DNA of 63,189 nt, the filler included, from Craspedostauros australis (Eukaryota), in assembly GCA_030167865.1 (NCBI GenBank). It is 9 parts of 9 records of this genome, joined end to end, with 100 filler letters (N's around TTAATTAATTAA, not from the genome) between each part and the next. Parts side by side here need not be neighbours in the genome. Positions count along the whole stretch, not along the records: positions 37,807 to 42,046 come from JALAGF010004575.1; positions 42,147 to 48,494 come from JALAGF010004576.1; 7 more parts are not named here. The stretch is one strand, 5' to 3'. Positions 39,175-48,494 of this stretch are shown here, in pieces. The position numbers and the translations under genes are program-made. The notes below the pieces were generated by a model. That model did no database searches, was not told the DNA's origin, and worked only from the letters and a program-made list of their open reading frames with translations. Each line of letters opens with the position of its first letter. Position 1 is the stretch's first letter.

Positions 39175-41280
39175 GTGTGGATGCACATTGCCGACAGCGA
39201 CCAAAACACAAACAAAACTCTCACCGTCGCAATCATCCAACACAAACAACAACACAACGCAAAGCTCATGGACACGCATCGTCAACAGACAACGAACGCA
39301 ACCTCCTCCAGTGACACAGACAACTCCGACCCGCCTTCGCTAGCAGAAGAGCCCGAAGTCGCACTCTCCGAGATCGCAGCCGACGACCCTGTCCCTCCTC
39401 TCGGACGACAACAACAACAGGCAGAGACCGTAGCCGACGCACTCGTCCCTCCTCTCCAGCCACCTGAACAAGTCGAGACCGCAGCCGACATCACTGTCCC
39501 TCCTCTCGCACAGCAACAACCTGAGACCGCAACACCTACCTCTCTTCATCAACAACCTGCAGCGACCGAGACTGCTCAAGCAACCTCTCCTCCTGCACCT
39601 CAAGAGACAGCACAGGACCCAGGCGGACGCGCCTCTCCTTCTGTTTCAACAACAACAACACGAGCTGCACAGGACACCAGCACACAGGCAGCTGGCGTCT
39701 TCGCGCAGCAACCACAACTTCCGCGTGACAGAACTCCTCTTCGGACAGAACCAGAACTTCTTCTGGCTGAAGGCGATATTCTGGACTTAACCTTGGACAC
39801 TTTTGAATCCCAAGCCCTTGAGGAACTCCAGTCAGCCCTCGCAGATCCTGGCAACATTCGTCCTGGCATTTTTGCTGACACGAATCTCACTGTCAAAATT
39901 CCTGCTGATGTCACTGACACAGTAACCGGTGAAACCGCCATTCCAACTGTTCGCGCGACCCACGTTTCGGCCTCATCCACGACTCGACCAAGGATGTCAC
40001 GTTTCAGCGCGGATCCCGATGATGCGGCCACCCGAGCCAACAACCGTATCCTCATCACCAAGGAAGAACGCGCTGCACTCGAAGGCAAGGACCGCACCAA
40101 GGTCAGAGAACAAGCCGTTGAGCCTCTCGAGCCGCTCTTTGTGATGGTGAACCAAACCACTGCCATCAATGACAACAAGTTCCTCAAAAAGAACTATGAC
40201 TTCGCCCGACTCAAGGAAAACCTCCGCAGCCGCCTCAAGATGTACTCAATGTACGAGCCATTCCAAATCATCCGATCCACTTGGAACGAGGCCGGGGATC
40301 TTGTCTTCGATCGAACCACCGCAGACGATACCTTCATTGATCTGCTGGACAACGCGTTCACGCTCGACCAAGATGTTGTACTCCGTTCTACCGAGATCTA
40401 CTCTCTCTTCGGTGGGAAAGTCAATCAGCAGAACCTCCAATGGTCGCTTGAGCTCATCCTTTCCTCTTGTGACGACTCTCTCATCGAAGCCATCGCTGCT
40501 CGCATGCAACAGATCCCAGAGGAGCTCCGCACAGGACCAATGGCCTACTACTTCATGGAATGCATCGCTGCAAGGACAACATCTGAAACTGCTCGAGCTA
40601 TCACGAACAAGATCGCTCAGTTCAGGATGACCAACATCAAAAGTCAAAACATCGAAACATTCTGCCAGATCATGAGAGCAGCCATCCATCGAATCAAAGC
40701 CTCACTGCTTGGGATTCCAGCCGACATGAACGACATGCTCTTGAAGGTTATCAGAACCTGCACAAACAAGCCCTTTGTTGACTACTTCAACATGCGTGAA
40801 GCTGCCCTCGACGCAACTGGCAACGACCCTTTCACTTGGGAACAAATCCTCGAAATGGCTCTGAAGAAGTACACCAGCCTCATCAATCAAGAGATATGGT
40901 TCGCTCCGACCAAATCCAAGAACACCCGATTCAGAGGCATCAGGAGCAAAGCCAACACCAACGTCAAGGACTCTTCAGGACGCAGCCGACCTTCCCCTGA
41001 CCGCGGAGGTCAGCCCATCGACTACACGCCTCCAAAGCAGGGCGAGGCACACGAGCGCACCACCCACGGCAAGACTGAATACTGGTGTGACCATGAAACC
41101 TGCAAACGATGGGGCAACCATCCAACCGACGGACATGACGACTTCGTCTCTCGCCAACGCAACCGTCGCGGCCGAGGTAGAAAGGGATCCTCAAACAACT
41201 CCAACAAGCAAACGGAACCAAAAGGGAACGACAACGAAACTCGCAAGCTTTTGAGATTCTCTGAACAAGAGGGTTTTTAA
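39175..41280 (+). CDS. gag: Gag-like polyprotein of copia/CoDi-type retrotransposon (~700 aa; exact start uncertain)
   Basis: Intact ORF downstream of LTR/PBS, with Pro/Gln/Thr-rich N-terminus, RTGPMAYY capsid-like region and variant zinc knuckle YWCDHETCKRWGNHPTDGH. Confidence 0.8.
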   Translation: MWMHIADSDQNTNKTLTVAIIQHKQQHNAKLMDTHRQQTTNATSSSDTDNSDPPSLAEEPEVALSEIAADDPVPPLGRQQQQAETVADALVPPLQPPEQVETAADITVPPLAQQQPETATPTSLHQQPAATETAQATSPPAPQETAQDPGGRASPSVSTTTTRAAQDTSTQAAGVFAQQPQLPRDRTPLRTEPELLLAEGDILDLTLDTFESQALEELQSALADPGNIRPGIFADTNLTVKIPADVTDTVTGETAIPTVRATHVSASSTTRPRMSRFSADPDDAATRANNRILITKEERAALEGKDRTKVREQAVEPLEPLFVMVNQTTAINDNKFLKKNYDFARLKENLRSRLKMYSMYEPFQIIRSTWNEAGDLVFDRTTADDTFIDLLDNAFTLDQDVVLRSTEIYSLFGGKVNQQNLQWSLELILSSCDDSLIEAIAARMQQIPEELRTGPMAYYFMECIAARTTSETARAITNKIAQFRMTNIKSQNIETFCQIMRAAIHRIKASLLGIPADMNDMLLKVIRTCTNKPFVDYFNMREAALDATGNDPFTWEQILEMALKKYTSLINQEIWFAPTKSKNTRFRGIRSKANTNVKDSSGRSRPSPDRGGQPIDYTPPKQGEAHERTTHGKTEYWCDHETCKRWGNHPTDGHDDFVSRQRNRRGRGRKGSSNNSNKQTEPKGNDNETRKLLRFSEQEGF

Positions 41281-42046
41281 AGGCAGCTTTCATTGTCGTA
41301 AGTCCGATCCTGCTATTCCCATCTCTCCTCTGGCACCTGCTCGCATCCACATTCACAGCATACGTCCTGGCATTATCCGCCAACTGTCACCAAACCTTAA
41401 ACCACGTCAACATCATGCGCGGACGCAAGAACCATCGAGTCTGTCGCTCCAAAGCACCACCGACCATATTTGCCTCAACGCAACGTATGAGGATGGGCTT
41501 CTGGAGTCGTCTCTTCCTTCTATCCGCTGTAATGATCCCATCGACGACACTATTCTTCCTTTCAACTCTCACTACCGATCGCTGGAAACACCCACAACGC
41601 TTTTACAACAAACACCAGCCTCTCGACTACGATCAACTGCTCTTTGGCGACGGATGGAACGACGAGCACACACGCAAGAACGACCCGCTGCCAGCTCACT
41701 TCCTTCATCTCTCCGGATTCCATGATGAGTTTGACTCATTCATGATGAACCGACGCATTGCCGCAGATGCCCAACAACGCGCAATGTCTCTACCTCCGTC
41801 TCAACCAAAGCACTGCTTTTCGATCACTCCATCTTTCTTCACCCTTCAGTCAGATAAACTTCGAACACAGGTGCAAGCCGTCTCCTATCTGGCCTCCACT
41901 GCCTATGAAGCATCCAAAGCACCGAACTTCATGGACGTTCTCGTCTCCCGTCACTACCATACTCCCGGTCTCACCAACAAGCGCGCCATGTGTCCCATCA
42001 TCCTCGACACTGGGTGCTCATTCTCCATGACATATCGAAAGGAGGA
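41271..42046 (+). CDS. pol: Pol N-terminus in the -1 frame (hydrophobic region, then aspartic protease motif), truncated by scaffold end
   Basis: The -1 frame is open from slippery GGGTTTT (41271-41277) through IILDTGCSFSMT. Confidence 0.75.
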
Positions 42047-42146
42047 NNNNNNNNNNNNNNNNNNNNNNNNNNNNNNNNNNNNNNNNNNNNTTAATTAATT
42101 AANNNNNNNNNNNNNNNNNNNNNNNNNNNNNNNNNNNNNNNNNNNN

Positions 42147-43429
42147 GCTGCGAGGAACCAGTCCTCGCGCAAGTTGTACTGGCAGAATGCATCGGCGAAG
42201 TTCTTCTCGGTGTCAAGCCGGATTGGTTCAGCGGCGTTTTGGAGATGAAGCACGCTCGAGAGGTCCAGCTTGGGGATGGGATTCGTCTTCCCTTTGGGGC
42301 TCTCCACGGCCTCGTTGTACTTGCGGGTGACCAGCCGATAACCGAAGTCAGGGGCAGCGCTGATGTGGCACCTGTGCTGCGACATGAGATCAACCCAGAG
42401 CAATGGGTTGCGGATGAAAGCAATCGGCGAAATCATGTGAGAACGATAGGCACCCGCCAACGGCGCAATGCCCATCTCGATGAGGCCCATGTCGTGGTAC
42501 TGGGGAAGCCAGGAGCATGTCGCGATGCGCTCCGGGACTTGGCTTGCGCCACCCAGCTGGTCTTTGAATGACTCTAGCCAGTAGCTCTGAACGAGCTCGA
42601 TGTTGGCTCTCAGCGCGTTGTGGGTCACCATCACGCCCTTGGGGTTGCCCGTGCTTCCAGATGTGTACTGGAGGAAGGCGAGGTCCGAGCCTTTGATGTT
42701 GGGCTCGTCGAATGAAGGTGGCGGCGACGATGAGCGGCCGGACACGAGGCTGGAAAAGAAGCCTGTCTTGGCTTGCTTGTTCCTGCCGTTGGTCTTGTCC
42801 GCGATGAACGGATCGTGACGGATGATGCGGTCGGTGACTTGGTACTTGACACCGCTCGGCCACATGGCGCGGCTCTTGGATGCTGGGTTGGCGCGATCGG
42901 CGGCGCGGAACAAGTTGATGGATGTTTGGGTGAGGATGATTGCCGGGGCGCAATCCTCGATGACCTTGTTCATCTTGGTGAGCGACTTGACGAGCGGCGG
43001 TCCAGGAGGGTAGACCAACACGGCTGTCACTCCCGCACGGAGGCATCCCAGGAACATGGCGAAGAAGTGGAGTCCAAAGTCGTAGCAGAGGACGACGCGG
43101 TCATCTTTCTTCACACCCCATTTGTTGCGAAGAAGGTGGGCGCAGTGTCCTGCTTCATCCCAGAGCTGTTGGAAGGTGTAGTTGTTGGCTGCCTTGCCTT
43201 TTTCATTGTACCAGGTGGAGAAGACGGTGTCGGACTTGAGTTCGACGATGTACTTGATGTGTTCGACGAAGGACTTGGTTTGGATGGACTTGTGGATGAT
43301 CTCGTGCTCAGTGGTGATGGTGTTGGCCTTGGTGGTGCCAGCCTCGATGTCGTTGACAGAGACAACATCGCGCTGTACTTGCGCAGCCGTGGAGCTCTTC
43401 GAGTCCACACAATAGGGTTGCTTATCCAT
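42147..43429 (-). CDS. Fatty acyl-AMP ligase (FAAL)-like adenylation enzyme, 3' truncated
   Basis: YTFQQLW, FLGCLRAGVTAVLVYPP, LAFLQYTSGSTGNPKGVMVTH, SWLPQYHDMGLI, SPIAFIRNPLLW, APDFGY, LDLSSV...NAAEPIR. Confidence 0.9.
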
Positions 43430-44252
43430 GGTGACGAAACACTTTCTGTGGGAGGATGATTATGCTGTGTTTGTTCGTTAGTTTTGTGAGTTTGTTTGTT
43501 AGTTTGTTTATTTTGTGTCGGCATGCATTTGATTTGTGTTTCGTTGCGTGTTTGGGACGCGCCTCTCTGGCCCATCTTCGTGGTCGAAGTCCAAACAACC
43601 GTGGAGGCAACAGCAGAAACAAGTGTGAAGAACTCAATCCGGAGGCCTCACCACCTTTCGATGGAGGGGTCATCCTCGGCTCTCCCCCCAACAACCACGA
43701 GTGGATTTCGCGGCGACTGGTGTCTGTCTGTTGAATGCAATCCAGATCTTCGGAGGCGAATGCAACAGCGGTGATTCCACGACCAGATCAAAAACCAAAG
43801 GGGTCCTGCTGGCGCCAGTGCATGCAAAACATGACACACAGTCTCCGGTCATTTGTAAAAGTGGGGGTCACTTTCTCGCAAAGAGCCAGCAAATTCATTT
43901 AACCCAACCCGTCTCCACAAATGACCAAACTCTGCAAGTCAGTAAACAGGTACAAGTCAGTAAAAAGGTAATTTCACCACGCAAAAGCTAGTAGTGGGGT
44001 TTTCTCTTGTTTTGGGTCGTGATTGTTGGCATACGTACGCAGGACAGACGTCCGCAGCCTCCGCCTCTGAAGAGTGACAACGGAGACAGTCTCCTCCCAT
44101 AAATCCATCATTAGCACACACACACACACANNNNNNNNNNNNNNNNNNNNNNNNNNNNNNNNNNNNNNNNNNNNNNNNGCTATTGTGATCACATCCTCTC
44201 CTTTCTTCGTGCTCTTCGTTTCAGGACGTTTCATTCCCTGGCCTCGAGCTGT

Positions 44253-46022
44253 ATGCCCTCTCGTCACCCTTTCTTCGCTCCGCACTTCGTTCCACTCTCT
44301 ACCATGGCCCCCGCTGATGACACCGCTCCGCCCGCTGCGACGGTGACAACCGCTCAAACCATTTCGCTTCGCCTTGGATGGAAATGGTTTCCGACCGCCA
44401 TGGAGGAGCTGCAGGTGCGCACTGACGACGAGCTCTACGACCTCTTCTACGCGCCCGATGATGGCTTTCACGAGTGCCTCTGCGTGTGGTCTGCAACGAG
44501 CCCACTTCATGTGCGGCACTTGTGGCGCCTTCGCGCGTGGTATTTGCAATCCGGCGACACTGACGAGCAGTGGGCATCCAACCTCTCGGCGCGCGAATTC
44601 CGTCCTTTCATGCGCCTCGAGAATCCGATTCCGCCCGACTTCCGCTCCGTCCCCATGTCGGTGGCCTCTGTCGCTTCGCGCACTGCTCACACAGGTCTAC
44701 GCGCGGGTGACGAGGTCGTGGACATCTCCAAGGTGGCCGATCCTGCTGCGACCGTGCCGCCTGAAGGTGATACTCCTCCTCGCGACGACAGCACGCCTGG
44801 CGATGGTGCGGCTTCTACTGCTCCTGCTGTGGACTCGCATACTCTCCCGCCTGCTGGCTTCGAGAGTCCCCGTTGTGAGACCGCGGATTTCGACTACGTC
44901 ACCGACTCTGGCGTGGACTACTCTGTGGCTAACGCCAGCCCCGCATTCCGTCGGCACCGTACCTACGAGGTCCCACCCGCTCTCGAGCGTCTGGACTACG
45001 GTGTCGGCCCGGCGTGGGACAAGTGGCGTCTTCCCCTGAAGGACAACTCGCCAACCGCCGTGTTCAACTGGTATGGCCAGTTCCAGGCTGCTGCCGCATG
45101 CGCGGACTTGCACTTTTGCCCGCTGAGCTCCTTCCAGCCGTCCACCTCTGTCATTCCGCGCAATGTTCACGGTCCCCGTGTCTTTGCCATGAATGATCAG
45201 CTGGTGGTTAAGCTGCAGGCCGACGGCATCATCAACCTGGAGCATGCGGCGCTTCGCCTGAAGTACACCAGCAGCATAGGCATCATGCCACATCGGCTGT
45301 CGGCGTACGTGTTCCTACACACCCTGCTCCCTGGCGCGTACGATGCGGTGCAGACACAGGTCCACAAGGCGCCGGCGTTCCATGGCTTGGTGGCCACATA
45401 TGCTGAACAGCTTCTCAGCTATCAGCTCGTGGAGAGCCTTGTGTTTCGTCGCCACATCTCTCAGCTGGAACTCACCCACCACTTCCTTGAGGAGCTCCGC
45501 GGCCATGGGTACGAGCTGGGACACTTTCATACCGCGGTTCGTGGTGTTGCCTCAGCCCGAGAGCTTCCGCTCAACCTACGCGTGGAGCAACTTGGGCAGG
45601 AGGTTGCCGATCTTCCCCAGACTCCTACACGGGGTGTCGCACATCGCGTCAACACGCGCAGCCAAGGGCGCAATGACGGTGGTGGCCGCGGGCAGCGTCC
45701 AGAACGGCGCCAGCATGCATTCTACAAACCCATGCCTGGTGCCTTCTGTGAAGCCTGCTGCAACATGGGCCACACCAAGGACACATGCAAGACTTTTGGG
45801 TGCCATGCGCACATGACCGAGTTCGCCACGTCTCACCCTGATTATGCGGCCAGCATGCGCGACAAGTTCCGCGGGCACTTCACCAAGCAGACTTTCAAGG
45901 CAAATGCTTGGGCCATACAGCGTTTTGGCGGTGAGGATCACGAGTCCCTCGCTGGCCTCATGGTGTCTGATGAGGTACTTGAGTCCGTCGATCAGGATTT
46001 TTGGACTGCCGGCCAGGAGTAA
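44253..46022 (+). CDS. gag: Gag with CCHC zinc knuckle
   Basis: 589-aa ORF (start may be the ATG at 44304) containing CEACCNMGHTKDTC = C-x2-C-x4-H-x4-C. Confidence 0.82.
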   Translation: MPSRHPFFAPHFVPLSTMAPADDTAPPAATVTTAQTISLRLGWKWFPTAMEELQVRTDDELYDLFYAPDDGFHECLCVWSATSPLHVRHLWRLRAWYLQSGDTDEQWASNLSAREFRPFMRLENPIPPDFRSVPMSVASVASRTAHTGLRAGDEVVDISKVADPAATVPPEGDTPPRDDSTPGDGAASTAPAVDSHTLPPAGFESPRCETADFDYVTDSGVDYSVANASPAFRRHRTYEVPPALERLDYGVGPAWDKWRLPLKDNSPTAVFNWYGQFQAAAACADLHFCPLSSFQPSTSVIPRNVHGPRVFAMNDQLVVKLQADGIINLEHAALRLKYTSSIGIMPHRLSAYVFLHTLLPGAYDAVQTQVHKAPAFHGLVATYAEQLLSYQLVESLVFRRHISQLELTHHFLEELRGHGYELGHFHTAVRGVASARELPLNLRVEQLGQEVADLPQTPTRGVAHRVNTRSQGRNDGGGRGQRPERRQHAFYKPMPGAFCEACCNMGHTKDTCKTFGCHAHMTEFATSHPDYAASMRDKFRGHFTKQTFKANAWAIQRFGGEDHESLAGLMVSDEVLESVDQDFWTAGQE

Positions 46023-48494
46023 GCGAACTCTGGTGAGCGGCCATTATCCAACGATCGCTACAGCGGGAAACCAGCAGGTCATCGCAATGATGAGGTTTCC
46101 GCGCTTTCTTCACCTGCTGCTTCGGCAATCCAACCACTCAAGCTTGTGGGATATGCCGTGGTCAGGGCTTGCCGCGTCCATGCCGCTCGCACTGATGGGC
46201 CCCGCGTCCGGGCTTGGAATCCCTTCAATGGAGTGGGCCAGTGTGACATCGGCGCCAATGTGAGTGCTACCCCATACAAGGAGGTTTTGCGGGGCCACCA
46301 GCCATTCCCGTCGCCACTCATGCTTGCGGCTGCCGATGCCCATGCCGAGTCCATGGTGTGCCCTGGTGAAGGCTTCCTGGACGTGCCCACATGTGAAGGG
46401 TCTTCCATCTCCGTCCGCACTGCGCTGTGCCCTCATCTGGCGGAGACGCTTATCTCGCCACAGTCCATCGTGCGGCAGAGCGACAACGACTTCCAACGGT
46501 TCACCTTCGCGTCCGACTCAGGAGGTGCCACCCTCACGTTCCATGGTGCGCGTGGCGATTGCTCTGCATCCATGACCCAGTCCAATGGGCTGTACTTCTT
46601 CACTGGTGACGCCACTCGGTCGCCCATGGCGTTCTCCATCCAGACTTCGTCGCCCGCACTGCAGGCCGAGCTTTGGCACATGCGCCTGGGGCACCCTGGC
46701 ATGTCACAGCTGGAGAAGCTCCCGGCACATGCTACTGGCATGCCTGGCAAGCTGAGGTCGAGCGCACATCCTATGCGGCACTGCGAGACGTGCAGCCAAG
46801 CTCATCGGCAGAAGGCAGCTCGTGGACCCAACGTGGATTTTGTCCAGCCACATCCGGGCGCTCGCTTCCATGCCAACTTTGGCTTCATGCGTGCTACCAA
46901 TGAGGCTTATGGCGCTGCCAAGCTTCGTGGCAAAGGTGCTCACCGCCGCGTTGTGCTATCCCTTGAGGGGTTCACGTCGTACCTGCTCATCACTGATGCA
47001 TACACGCGGTACACCTGGGTGTTCCCGACCAAGGACAGATCACCTCCAGTTGAGATCTTCACTAAGCTCCTGGGTGATTTTGGTCGGCGCTCAGGTCATC
47101 GCGCGGTACGAGTGGACACTGGCGGCGAGCTCGCTCGATCTGGGGCTTTCCAAGTGGCCGTCCGTGATGCCGGGTACAACCTTGAACCCACTGGCGCTGG
47201 CTGCTCCTGGATGAATGGAAAAGTGGAGCGGCTGAACCGCACTTTTGGCGTCATGACGAGGGCTCTGCTATACTCAGCTGGTCTCAAGCCACAGTTTTGG
47301 GCCCTTGCACTTGTGCATTCGGTCTACTTGAAGAACCGACTGTGGCATGCGTCCGTCTCCAAGACGCCATACGAGCTCGAACATGGAGTCAAGCCTGATC
47401 TTCAACACCTGCGTGTTTTTGGATCCCGCGTCACTGTCCGAAAGCCTGGGCATCCGCCTGCGAAGCTCGACATACATACCTACAATGGCGTCTTCGTGGG
47501 GCACACTGCGACACCAACCCTTCATCAATACTACGACCTTGACTCTGGCCGCATCAAGACTGCTGGCAACATCGTGTTCGACGAAGCTCACTTCACGTCC
47601 AGCAGTCGGCCTCCAGGACCGCAGCTTTTGTTCGAGCTGGGATTTCACGCACCTCATGGCGTTGACGCATCGGTCCCAGTGAAGGGTGGTCATATCCCAG
47701 TCGACGGTTCCGGTGAACACCGCATCCTGGTCGAGTCCTGCGTGGCATGCGGTGATTCAGAGTTGCACGCCGCCGCTGCAGCATGCTCTTCCACCGTTCG
47801 TCACTTTGCGCGATCGCTGGAGATGGCGAGCGAACCTTTTGGCTTTCCATTCGCACAAGACATTGAGGTGTCTGGCTCGGACCCGTGCGCTGGACTGGTG
47901 CTTGTGCCCGACGATGCGCGAGGACGGCTGCAGCTGCAGACGTGTACACCTGACACTCCGGCTGCTCGCATTCCCCGATGGCGGTCATGTCTCCGGTCTG
48001 CACATTTGCTCACGCTGGATGGCAACAACATTTCCAGTGGTGATGAAGTCGTTCGCGTCATCTCGGATGCACGGCAGCGCAAGGCGGGTCCGATCGTCGC
48101 GATCTTCGCTTTTGATGAGGCACGCAACGCGCTGTCACAACAGGGTGTCCCGCAGCTCTACTTCGACCAGCTTCGGCATGTCCACGACGTCCTTCGGCAG
48201 ATTTCGCCGCAAGCTCGCGCTGTCACTGATGCTCCCAAGCTCACACGGCGCAAGTTGTTGCTGCGGGATGACTGGGATGAGTGGCAAGCTGCGGAGTTCA
48301 AGCAGATGGAGCAGTACCACCATCAAGGGATGTTCGGTGATCCAGTGGACGCTCCTTCCGGTGCAGCGGTGTTCAATTGGGTGTGGGTGTATGTTGTGAA
48401 GGCCCATGAAAACAACCGCAAGAAGGCCCGCGCAGTCTGCGATGGTTCCACCCGAGGAGGCAACGTCCGTGTCTTTGGTCATACCTATGCTGCC
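46023..48494 (+). CDS. pol: Pol (protease, pre-integrase, integrase, PDZ-like insert, RT start)
   Basis: CDIGANVSAT, LWHMRLGHPG...CETC, YLLITDAYTRYTWVF, VRVDTGGEL, NGKVERLNRT, WVWVYVVK...RKKARAVCDGS. Same frame as gag, directly after the single TAA. Confidence 0.9.

Larger units (their letters stand above)
44024..48494 (+). mobile_element. Ty1/copia LTR retrotransposon (5' LTR start, gag, PR, INT, start of RT), 3' truncated
   Basis: TGTTGG start at 44024 (LTR interrupted by N gap 44131-44178), followed by gag and pol ORFs. Confidence 0.88.
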
